NCBI GenBank assembly: GCA_016180965.1 | Contig: JACPAF010000001.1 | Span: 1 to 24,000, forward strand | From: Candidatus Aenigmatarchaeota archaeon | GTDB lineage: Archaea; Aenigmatarchaeota; Aenigmatarchaeia; JACPZZ01 | Reading direction: 5' to 3' | DNA length: 24,000 nucleotides | Shown: positions 1 through 7,420 of the stretch, piece by piece | Position numbering within the stretch: the first letter of the stretch is position 1 | How the letters are laid out: every line of letters begins with the position of its first letter | Notes under the pieces: model-generated | Told to the model about the DNA's origin: nothing | Databases searched by the model: none | Seen by the model: the letters and a program-made list of their open reading frames with translations, nothing else | Made by a program: the position numbers and the translations under genes

Positions 1-2
1 AA

Positions 3-1793
3 CAGGAGAATAAGAAACCAGAGGATTACGTCCGGTTCTGGAACGAAAAAGACCAGAAAGATTTCAAAAAACTCGGAATTTCCTTTGATATATTTTACAA
101 GACCAGTTCAGATGAAAATATAAAATTGGTACAGCATTTTTTCCAGATGCTCAATGAGAAGGGCTTCATTTTCAAACAGGTTGTTTCCCAGCCATACTGC
201 GAACAGGACAAGAAATTTTTGCCGGACCGCTATGTAAAAGGCACGTGTCCATACTGCAACGCAACAGACCAATATTCTGACGGCTGCGAAAAATGCGGGC
301 GTGTATTTGAGCCGGGCGAAATAAAAGACGAACACTGTGCGTTGTGCAACAGAAAACCGATTACGAAAAAAAGCGAGCATTATTTTTTGAAGCTTTCCGC
401 CTTTTCAAAGGATCTAAAAAACTGGCTGCTGTCTAACGGAAACTTGCAGGAAGACGTCAAGAATTACGTGTTAAAATGGATTGACGAAGGCCTAAAGGAA
501 TGGGACATAACCCGGGATATAACATGGGGCGTGCCTGTGCCAAACGAAAATAACAAAGTTTTTTACGGCTGGTTCGACAATGCAATCGGCTATGCTTCAA
601 ATGCTATAAAATATTTCGGTTCCGAAAATAAAGCGAAAGATTTCTGGAATTCCTCAAAGATATACCATTACATCGGAAAGGATATCGTTTATCACCATTA
701 CCTGTTCATGACTGCCATACGCCTGATAACCGGAGAGTTCAAGGAGCCAGATTACATACCTACGCGCGGATATCTGCTTTTGCAAAATAAAAAATTCTCT
801 AAAAGCAGGGGATGGTACATCTCACTGGAAGATTTTCTGAACGAATTTCCGGCTGATTATTTGCGTTTTTACCTTGCAGCGATAACCACGTATTCGCAAC
901 AAGACGTCAATTTTGACTGGAAAGAATTCCAAGCGAGGATAAACAATGAACTGGTTGCGAACATCGGCAACTTCGTCAACCGCACATTGACTTTCATAAA
1001 TACAAAATTCGGCGGAGTTGTTCCGAAGCCTGAGGATGAAAATATCCTAGAAACTAAATCCGTGGATCTGAAAAACGAATTGGTGGACAAGATAAAATAC
1101 ATAAGCGCAGACGCCGGGAAAGAAATAGAGTCCAACCATCACGACAGGGCGTTGAAAAAAATACTCGAATTTTCAAGCGCATGCAATTACTACCTGCAAC
1201 TGGAAGAGCCGTGGAAGAATAAGAACAACAAGACCTGCTTGTATGTGTGCGTTAACGCGTGTCGTACGCTGGCCGTGTTGTTAGAACCGTTCCTGCCGTT
1301 TACTTCGGAAAAAATAAATAATATGCTTGGCACGAATGCGACGAACTGGAATTCGGCGGGCGAGATTGCGATCAAACCGGGCCACAAAATTAATGCTGCA
1401 GAAATACTTTTCAACAAAGTTGAAGACGCGGCGATAGATGCGAGATTAAAAAAATTGGGAGGTGCTAAAGACATGGTTGAGATAGAAGATTTTTCAAAAC
1501 TGGACATACGCGTCGGGAAGATATTGTCCGCGGAAAGCGTTCCGAGATCTGAAAAATTATTGAAGTTGTCTATAGACATAGGAAATGAAACGCGCCAATG
1601 TATTGCAGGAATGGCGAAATTCTACAAACCAGACGAGCTTATCGGAAAAGACGTGATTGTGGTTGTTAACTTAAAACCAGTCAAGTTCATGGGGCTTGAA
1701 TCGCAATGCATGATGTTAGCCGCGGAAAAAGACGGCAAGGTTGTTGTGTTAAAACCGGACAAGGATGTAGGGACGGGCGCGCTAATACGATGA
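3..1793 (+). CDS. metG: methionyl-tRNA synthetase, 5'-truncated by the window edge, with a C-terminal Trbp111/EMAP-type tRNA-binding domain
   Basis: The frame is open from the window edge (QENKKPEDYVRFWNEKDQKDFKKLGISFDIFYKTSS...), so the listed ATG at 126 is internal. It has MetRS zinc knuckles (CPYCN...CEKCG, CALCN). The C-terminal OB-fold reads DIRVGKILSAE...VVNLKPVKFMGLESQCMMLAAE. TGA stop at 1791-1793. Confidence 0.9.
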   Translation, partial: QENKKPEDYVRFWNEKDQKDFKKLGISFDIFYKTSSDENIKLVQHFFQMLNEKGFIFKQVVSQPYCEQDKKFLPDRYVKGTCPYCNATDQYSDGCEKCGRVFEPGEIKDEHCALCNRKPITKKSEHYFLKLSAFSKDLKNWLLSNGNLQEDVKNYVLKWIDEGLKEWDITRDITWGVPVPNENNKVFYGWFDNAIGYASNAIKYFGSENKAKDFWNSSKIYHYIGKDIVYHHYLFMTAIRLITGEFKEPDYIPTRGYLLLQNKKFSKSRGWYISLEDFLNEFPADYLRFYLAAITTYSQQDVNFDWKEFQARINNELVANIGNFVNRTLTFINTKFGGVVPKPEDENILETKSVDLKNELVDKIKYISADAGKEIESNHHDRALKKILEFSSACNYYLQLEEPWKNKNNKTCLYVCVNACRTLAVLLEPFLPFTSEKINNMLGTNATNWNSAGEIAIKPGHKINAAEILFNKVEDAAIDARLKKLGGAKDMVEIEDFSKLDIRVGKILSAESVPRSEKLLKLSIDIGNETRQCIAGMAKFYKPDELIGKDVIVVVNLKPVKFMGLESQCMMLAAEKDGKVVVLKPDKDVGTGALIR

Positions 1794-1800
1794 TAAAAAA

Positions 1801-2211
1801 TCATTTCTTGACGTAATTGGTTCCTGTGTACCCGCATTTGGCGCATGTGTACAATGTGTTTCCGGTTACCGGGCTTTCCATAGATTTCATCCCGTTGCCG
1901 CATTTCGGGCAGCCAAATGTTGAACCGTATGCACCGCCGCCACCGCTAGAAAGCAATGATAACATGCTTTCGGTCCGTTTGGCCGGCTGTTCAGCCTCTT
2001 GCTCAAGCGGCGTGGCCGGGGCTTCCTGCCGGCTTGGCGCAGGCCCAGGCGACGAAGAGATTCTATCCATGTCCAAACCGGCTTTCAAATCCCCGGCAGG
2101 TTGCAACGAAGCGTCGAAAAATGTTCCGCATCCTTTGCAAAGAAGTATTACAGTTGGCGAGGATTGGACTAGATGTATGCTGTTTTGGCAATTCGGGCAT
2201 AACTGCGGCAT
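1801..2211 (-). CDS. small double zinc-ribbon protein with a Pro/Ala/Glu-rich linker
   Basis: I place the start at the internal ATG (2211-2209), giving MPQLCPNCQ.... The longer 196-aa ORF would run through the divergent promoter and the neighbouring gene. It has two CxxC...CxxC ribbons (CPNC..CKGC and CPKC..CAKC) separated by SSSPGPAPSRQEAPATPLEQEAEQPAK. Confidence 0.55.
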   Translation of the reverse strand: MPQLCPNCQNSIHLVQSSPTVILLCKGCGTFFDASLQPAGDLKAGLDMDRISSSPGPAPSRQEAPATPLEQEAEQPAKRTESMLSLLSSGGGGAYGSTFGCPKCGNGMKSMESPVTGNTLYTCAKCGYTGTNYVKK

Positions 2212-2311
2212 GCGATCAATATAATTATTTCCTTGGTTGCTTAAATTTGTAAAGACTTGTGAAAATGTTAAAGATATTAATTGTCCAAGATTAATTATTT
2301 CACGAAGCTGC

Positions 2312-2872
2312 ATGAAAAAAACCAGGAAAAAAATTACAGAATACTGGGATAATCTGATTTCCAGCAGATTGCCGCCGTTTGCAACTTTCAAAAAGATCGA
2401 AGACGAGCTAAAGGAGCATTTCAGCTTTGCTGCATGGGCCTTTAAGCGTTTGATAATCCCCCTGATAATTTTTTATCTGCTGGTAGGCATACTCCTGGAA
2501 ACAAGAATACTGGCACCTTTACTGATATCGCTCCTAATATTTTTGTACAGCAATTTCCTTCCCGACATAGGTTACATAGTAAAAAAGACCAGGCGCAAAA
2601 GCAACGAGTGGAAATGGCACGAAAAATATTCGCTGCTGTTCTTCGCTCCCATATTCCTTTATTACGCCATCGCCGGAAGGGCCCAGCCGCTTTATTCCAC
2701 CGAAAGCAGGCCGTTCCACAATTTCAAATCCGCAATAGCATATGGATTTTTCCTGCTTTTTGTCGGTCTAATTTTGTGGGAAGAGCTTTCGAAGGCTCTG
2801 ATACTGACATCGTTCGGCCTGCTGGGCTTCGTGATACACCTTCTCGTTGACAAGAATTTCAAGATAAATTAA
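2312..2872 (+). CDS. integral membrane protein, function unknown
   Basis: Start taken at ATG 2312 (MKKTRKK...). At least four hydrophobic segments (LIIPLIIFYLLVGILL, LLISLLIFLYSNF, YSLLFFAPIFLYYAIAG, FFLLFVGLILW, LTSFGLLGFVIHLLV). LPDIGY and HLLVD give only a weak resemblance to YdjM/DUF457-type membrane hydrolases, too weak to make that call. Confidence 0.55.
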   Translation: MKKTRKKITEYWDNLISSRLPPFATFKKIEDELKEHFSFAAWAFKRLIIPLIIFYLLVGILLETRILAPLLISLLIFLYSNFLPDIGYIVKKTRRKSNEWKWHEKYSLLFFAPIFLYYAIAGRAQPLYSTESRPFHNFKSAIAYGFFLLFVGLILWEELSKALILTSFGLLGFVIHLLVDKNFKIN

Positions 2873-2875
2873 CTA

Positions 2876-2896
2876 GACGCATACATAGTATGCGTC
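2876..2896. terminator. perfect 8-bp palindromic hairpin between convergent genes
   Basis: gacgcata-catag-tatgcgtc, followed by agtttgttt. It lies between the stop of the membrane-protein gene (2872) and the 3' end of tRNA-Ile (2909). Confidence 0.4.
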
Positions 2897-2908
2897 AGTT
2901 TGTTTCGA

Positions 2909-2983
2909 TGGGCACGCTCGGATTTGAACCGAGGACCTTTCGATTATCAGTCGAACGCTCTTACCAAGCTGAGCTACGCGCCC
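2909..2983 (-). tRNA. tRNA-Ile (anticodon GAT), no intron, no encoded CCA
   Basis: The reverse complement folds as GGGCGCG-TA-GCTC-AGCTTGGTAA-GAGC-G-TTCGA-CTGATAA-TCGAA-AGGTC-CTCGG-TTCAAAT-CCGAG-CGTGCCC-A. All four stems pair, with one G-U in the acceptor stem. Confidence 0.9.
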
Positions 2984-2993
2984 ACATTAATTA

Positions 2994-3024
2994 GAAGCAT
3001 ATGCTATTCGTATGCACATGCTTC
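2994..3024 (-). other. conserved 31-nt hairpin (11-bp stem, 9-nt loop) ending 10 nt upstream of tRNA-Ile
   Basis: Minus strand reads gaagcatgtgc-atacgaata-gcatatgcttc, then the spacer taattaatgt, then the tRNA +1. A homologous element with compensatory changes lies at 16442-16472. Confidence 0.6.
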
Positions 3025-3112
3025 AGTCTACTCCGCACGAAGTTTTGTTTTTTATCTTAAATAAAAGGTGTTTGGGTATTCGATTCAAATTCTTAACCGT
3101 TTTAATAAAAGG

Positions 3113-3793
3113 ATGACATACAGACAAGTTTCCGTTACGCCCGCGGAATTTATCGAGAAGAACTTCCTGCACCCGCTTTACGGTGATGATCTCAAAGAGG
3201 CTGCAGAAGGCCTGAAAATTTTAAGGTCGATGAAAATCGCGGAAAGAGAGGGCTGTTTAGCGCAGCCGGGAGTTGTTTACAGCCGTGTCAAACACGTGGA
3301 AGATCTGGGCAACGGGCATGAACTGGACATACGAATTGCGACACCCGAAAATTCTTATAACATCAGGAAAAAGGTTAAAGGTGCATGGGTTTATCATCTC
3401 CACCCGGACACCAGAAAATACACCGCTGCCACGGAGTACAGGGTTTTACTCTGTGAAAATGTTGAAAGGTTGCCCAATGATTTTATGCTGTTTGACGGAA
3501 AATCGCATGGGCTGGAACACATGAGCGCCGGCTCCGAAAATCTTCCGCTTGGTCCGGATAGCCACCTTGTTTTGATGGTTACCGACAACGACATGAGGTT
3601 CCTGCAATTTTCCGCTACTGCGCCTGAATGGGAAGATCAAATTATCGATTACTTATCCCGGCCAGTAGCGGTTCGCCAATCTTATGGATTTGATATGTGG
3701 CAACTAAACGGCGTCTGGTCCAGGGGTGCTATGGTTACGATGGGAAGGAATTTCAGCCTGTATCTAAAGCGTCCGGAAAAGAATGGAAAATAA
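3113..3793 (+). CDS. hypothetical protein
   Basis: Clean 226-aa ORF from ATG 3113 (the listed 3068 start is a GTG). I recognise no family motif. It is flanked on both sides by minus-strand tRNA genes. Confidence 0.5.
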   Translation: MTYRQVSVTPAEFIEKNFLHPLYGDDLKEAAEGLKILRSMKIAEREGCLAQPGVVYSRVKHVEDLGNGHELDIRIATPENSYNIRKKVKGAWVYHLHPDTRKYTAATEYRVLLCENVERLPNDFMLFDGKSHGLEHMSAGSENLPLGPDSHLVLMVTDNDMRFLQFSATAPEWEDQIIDYLSRPVAVRQSYGFDMWQLNGVWSRGAMVTMGRNFSLYLKRPEKNGK

Positions 3794-3815
3794 TCAAGAC
3801 TCTGCATTTTTGGTT

Positions 3816-3834
3816 AAGCTTTTCGGAAAAGCTT
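3816..3834. terminator. palindromic hairpin between convergent genes
   Basis: aagcttttc-g-gaaaagctt, followed by gttt. It ends 4 nt from the 3' end of tRNA-Ala and lies 23 nt after the stop of the hypothetical gene. Confidence 0.4.
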
Positions 3835-3837
3835 GTT

Positions 3838-3909
3838 TGGACCGGTCGGGATTCGAACCCGAAGCCTCGACGATGCGAACGTCGCGATCTACCGTTGATC
3901 TACCGGCCC
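3838..3909 (-). tRNA. tRNA-Ala (anticodon CGC), no intron, no encoded CCA
   Basis: The reverse complement folds as GGGCCGG-TA-GATC-AACGGTA-GATC-G-CGACG-TTCGCAT-CGTCG-AGGCT-TCGGG-TTCGAAT-CCCGA-CCGGTCC-A. The G3:U70 alanine identity pair is present. Confidence 0.9.
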
Positions 3910-3920
3910 ATTGTATGCAC

Positions 3921-3970
3921 ATGTTTCTAGTTACAACGCATGCTTCAGTCGGCTTTTCAGCTAGAAACAT
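3921..3970 (-). other. 10-bp stem with a 30-nt loop, ending 11 nt upstream of tRNA-Ala; built from the same sequence blocks as the tRNA-Ile hairpin
   Basis: atgtttctag (3921-3930) pairs with ctagaaacat (3961-3970). Blocks gtatgcacatg (3913-3923) and catgcttcagtc (3939-3950) are identical to 3010-3020 and 3017-3028. Confidence 0.45.
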
Positions 3971-4039
3971 ACCGTATGATTGTATCGGTATGGTCCAACC
4001 AACAGCCTACTAACTTTCTTCCATTGTCCGATTTAAGTG

Positions 4040-4047
4040 TTATATAA
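4040..4047 (+). promoter_or_regulatory. candidate archaeal TATA box for the MBL hydrolase gene
   Basis: ttatataa is centred about 34 nt upstream of ATG 4078, which implies a very short leader or none. Confidence 0.3.
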
Positions 4048-4077
4048 TTGTCCCAAGAATAAGCTTTTAGTGATTCG

Positions 4078-4893
4078 ATGGTCAAACTTGTTTTCCTGGG
4101 CAGCGGCGGCGGTCGGTATGCCATGGCAACCCAGGCTCGTGCAACTGGCGGGTTCAGGATAGACATGGACGGCGTTAATATCCACATAGACCCGGGGCCG
4201 GGCGCCTTAGTCCGCGCAAAGGAATACGGAGTAAACATCAAAAACACCGATGTTGTCATGGTTTCACATGTCCATTTGGACCATTCAAACGACTGCAATG
4301 CCGTGATAGACGCGATGACCGAGGGTGCGAAGAACCCGAAAGGCATACTGCTGGGCAGCGTTTCGGCGATACAAGGATACGACAATAACAGCCCGGCGCT
4401 GCTGAAAATCTACCTGAAATCCCTGGAAAATACTGTGGTAATGAAAGCCGGCGATTCCACAAATTTAAAAAGCATAAAAGTCAAAGCCACGCCAACAAAA
4501 CATTCAGATCCAATGTGTATCGGGTTCCGCATCGAAGGCTCCAAAACCATATCATACACATCAGACAGCGAATATTTCCCCGAATTAAAAAAATATCACA
4601 AAAACGCGGATTTGCTGGTAATAAACATGCTGCGGCCTGACAATGACACGTGGCCGATGCACATGAATCTTGACAATGCCATTACGCTTATAAAAGAAAC
4701 CGAACCGAAGCTATGCGTTTTGCAGCATTTCGGGATGAAAGTCATTGAGCGCGGACCGGAAAAACAGGCGCAAAAAGCGGCGAAAGAAACCGGTGTTAAA
4801 GTAATCGCGGCCGAAGACGGTATGGTGCTGGACCTGGATAAAAACTCGGCTCCGCTTGGCAAATATATCCGGAACGACGTTAAGGAAGCTTAA
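4078..4893 (+). CDS. metallo-beta-lactamase-fold hydrolase
   Basis: The HxHxDH motif reads VSHVHLDHSND. The N-terminus MVKLVFLGSGGG and the later His/Asp ligand positions are typical of small archaeal MBL-fold hydrolases. Confidence 0.8.
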   Translation: MVKLVFLGSGGGRYAMATQARATGGFRIDMDGVNIHIDPGPGALVRAKEYGVNIKNTDVVMVSHVHLDHSNDCNAVIDAMTEGAKNPKGILLGSVSAIQGYDNNSPALLKIYLKSLENTVVMKAGDSTNLKSIKVKATPTKHSDPMCIGFRIEGSKTISYTSDSEYFPELKKYHKNADLLVINMLRPDNDTWPMHMNLDNAITLIKETEPKLCVLQHFGMKVIERGPEKQAQKAAKETGVKVIAAEDGMVLDLDKNSAPLGKYIRNDVKEA

Positions 4894-4951
4894 CTAACCT
4901 TTTTAACAAAAGGTTTATCAAATAACCTCTCAGGAAAAGTTTAATAAAAAG

Positions 4952-7384
4952 ATGATGAAAATGGAATTACAAAAAAGGTACGAACCGAAAGAATCGGAAA
5001 ATAAATGGCAAGTATATTGGCAGGAAAATAAAACTTACAACTTTGACCCGTCGGCCGAAAAAACTTTTGTAATAGACACGCCCCCGCCTTTCACTTCTGG
5101 CGTGCCGCACATGGGCCACGTTCTCTGGTGGACATGGAACGACATAATAGCCAGGTTCAAAAGAATGCAGGGTTTTTCGGTCCTCCTGCCTCAGGGATGG
5201 GACTGTCACGGGCTGCCGACAGAATTGAAAGTAGAAAAAGATTATAAAATAAGAAAAAACGAGAGGGAAAAATTTTTAACAGCATGCAAAGAATGGACCG
5301 GCGTATGCATATCCAGCATGAAAAAATACATGTCTTCGATAGGGTATTCGTCGGATTGGAATTACGAATACACTACAGACTCTCCGGAATACATCGGATT
5401 TGTACAAAAAACTTTGGTAAACCTTTTCGACAAAGGTTTAATTGAACGCGCCGAGCATCCGATAATGTGGTGCACCAAATGTTCGACCACGCTTGCGAAG
5501 GCTGAAGTCGGTTACGTTGAAAAGGACGGCGTCCTTTATTACATAAAACTTGAAGTTGAAGGCGGTAAGAAAATAACCATCGCAACAACGAGGCCGGAGA
5601 TGATGGCTGCGTGCGTTGCGATTTTCGTAAACCCTTCTGATGAAGAATATTCCGATTTCGTGGGTAAAACTGTAAAGATCCCGATTTTCGGGCAGGAAGT
5701 TAAAATTATCGCAAACCCGGACGTCGACATGGAATTCGGCACTGGTGTGGTTTATCTTTGCACATACGGGGACGAGATGGACATAAAATGGCAAAAAAGA
5801 TACGAGTTGCCGTCAATAAACCTGATAGACAATCATGGAAAATTAAATGAAAATGCAAAACATTTTGCGGGAATGAAAGTTGCGGATGCGCGGATAAAAA
5901 TAATTGAAGAACTGGGTATGCTCGGATTGATTGAGAAGGAAGATAAATTCAAGCACAATGTCTTGTGCCACACGGAACGCGCAGCATGTTTAAACCCCAT
6001 CGAATTCATACCGATGAAGCAATGGACCATAAAAGTCAAAGAGGCTTCGAAAGACGTTTTGAGACTGTCCAACGAGATCGGGTGGTTCCCGGAACACATG
6101 AAGATACGGCTTGACAACTGGGTAAGCTCGATGGACTGGGACTGGGTGTTTTCGAGGCAGCGCGTTTACGGGACGCCGATACCGTTCTGGTACTGCGACA
6201 AATGCGACAAGGTGTATCCGCCGGAAAACCTGCCCGTAGATACGTCATTGGAAAAATATAAAATGGAAAAATGCGAATGCGGCGGTTCAATTGTCGGCGA
6301 GAAGGACGTATGCGACGGCTGGATAGACTCTTCAATCACCCCGCTGATAATTTCAGGTTACTGGAAAAACGAAGCGCAACTTCACGAAAAGCTTTATCCG
6401 ACGGACTTGCGGCAGCAAGGGCATGACATAATAAGGACGTGGTCTTATTACACTATTCTCAGATGTTTCCTGGAAACCGGGGAGAAACCCTGGAAAAACA
6501 TACTCGTTAACAGTTTGATACTCGGGCCAGACGGCAGGGAGATGCACAAGTCGCTGGGCAATGTCGTATTGCCTGACGAAATATTGATGAAACACGGCGC
6601 GGACACGCTTCGGGCCGGGTTAGTAATGTTAGGTTTGTATTCAAGCGACGCCGCATTCAACTGGCAAAACATGGAATTTGCATACAAGTTTTCTACAAAA
6701 TTCTGGAATATATTCCGTTTTTTCACGTCTAACTTGGACGGGTTTGAAAAACAAACAGCCATAACAAACCCGATGGACAAATGGATAATTTCCAAATTAA
6801 ACAGGAAGATAGGAGAGATAACGAAAAACATAGAATCGTACCAGTTCGCTTATGCATTTGAGACTTTGCACGATTTCATATGGCACGAAGTCGCGGACAA
6901 TTACCTGGAGTTTGTAAAATACAGGCTTTACAACAATATCGAAAAAGAGTCGGCGCAGACGACGTTATACAATGTCATTTTCAGCTGCGTCAAGATGTTA
7001 TCGTTATTCATGCCCCACATAACCGAGGAGATGTACCAAGTTTATTTCAAACAGCTCGAAAAAAACGAAAGCGTGCATAAAACGGAATGGCCGGTTGTGG
7101 ATAAAAATTCGATGGACGAAGGGGTGGAACTTGCCGGTGAGTCTGCCAAACAAATAGTTTCGACGATAAGGAAATTCAAGACTTCAAACTCCATGCCGTT
7201 AAATGCGGAAATAAAACAGCTTATTATCCAATGCAAGGACGAGGACTTGGGCAAAGTCTCCAAAGTGTTAAAAGACGTCAGCGGCGCAATGAACGTCAAA
7301 GATGTAAGGTTGGGCACAATAATCGAGGGAAAAAATATCGTAGATATGGCTGACATGGGCGCGAAACTGTCTATTATTTTATAA
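4952..7384 (+). CDS. valS: valyl-tRNA synthetase
   Basis: Class Ia signatures: PPPFTSGVPHMGH (HIGH-type), TTRPE and GTGVVYLCTYGDEMD (editing domain), DWDWVFSRQRVYGTPIP, and EMHKSLGN (a KMSKS variant). The overall pattern matches archaeal ValRS as I remember it from Pyrococcus. Confidence 0.85.
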   Translation: MMKMELQKRYEPKESENKWQVYWQENKTYNFDPSAEKTFVIDTPPPFTSGVPHMGHVLWWTWNDIIARFKRMQGFSVLLPQGWDCHGLPTELKVEKDYKIRKNEREKFLTACKEWTGVCISSMKKYMSSIGYSSDWNYEYTTDSPEYIGFVQKTLVNLFDKGLIERAEHPIMWCTKCSTTLAKAEVGYVEKDGVLYYIKLEVEGGKKITIATTRPEMMAACVAIFVNPSDEEYSDFVGKTVKIPIFGQEVKIIANPDVDMEFGTGVVYLCTYGDEMDIKWQKRYELPSINLIDNHGKLNENAKHFAGMKVADARIKIIEELGMLGLIEKEDKFKHNVLCHTERAACLNPIEFIPMKQWTIKVKEASKDVLRLSNEIGWFPEHMKIRLDNWVSSMDWDWVFSRQRVYGTPIPFWYCDKCDKVYPPENLPVDTSLEKYKMEKCECGGSIVGEKDVCDGWIDSSITPLIISGYWKNEAQLHEKLYPTDLRQQGHDIIRTWSYYTILRCFLETGEKPWKNILVNSLILGPDGREMHKSLGNVVLPDEILMKHGADTLRAGLVMLGLYSSDAAFNWQNMEFAYKFSTKFWNIFRFFTSNLDGFEKQTAITNPMDKWIISKLNRKIGEITKNIESYQFAYAFETLHDFIWHEVADNYLEFVKYRLYNNIEKESAQTTLYNVIFSCVKMLSLFMPHITEEMYQVYFKQLEKNESVHKTEWPVVDKNSMDEGVELAGESAKQIVSTIRKFKTSNSMPLNAEIKQLIIQCKDEDLGKVSKVLKDVSGAMNVKDVRLGTIIEGKNIVDMADMGAKLSIIL

Positions 7385-7420
7385 CAAAAACCAATTCTTA
7401 GCAAATAGTGAGTGATTTTT

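Noticed and set aside
108-1579. Antisense and alternative-frame ORFs inside MetRS (108-380, 869-1135, 1190-1579). Similar shadow ORFs lie inside ValRS, aRF1, the large protease, Elp3, the aminotransferase and the HD gene.
   Set aside because: They lie wholly within strongly supported genes on the opposite strand or in another frame. Their composition is low-complexity or Cys/Arg-rich, typical of shadow ORFs, and they carry no recognisable motifs.
2212-2391. The long N-terminal extensions offered by the ORF track: 1801-2391 (minus), 2237-2872, 17683-18723 and 21077-21877, plus the GTG starts at 3068 and 7412.
   Set aside because: Each extension overlaps the neighbouring gene or the divergent promoter, and the extra residues look non-protein-like. 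Internal ATGs (2211, 2312, 17860, 21209, 3113, 7421) give products that begin where family conservation or the first TM helix begins.
3697-4013. ORFs 3697-3930 and 3783-4013 (plus strand), and 3957-4385 (minus strand).
   Set aside because: The first two read straight through tRNA-Ala and its flanking hairpins. The third is antisense to the MBL hydrolase gene start. None has supporting motifs.
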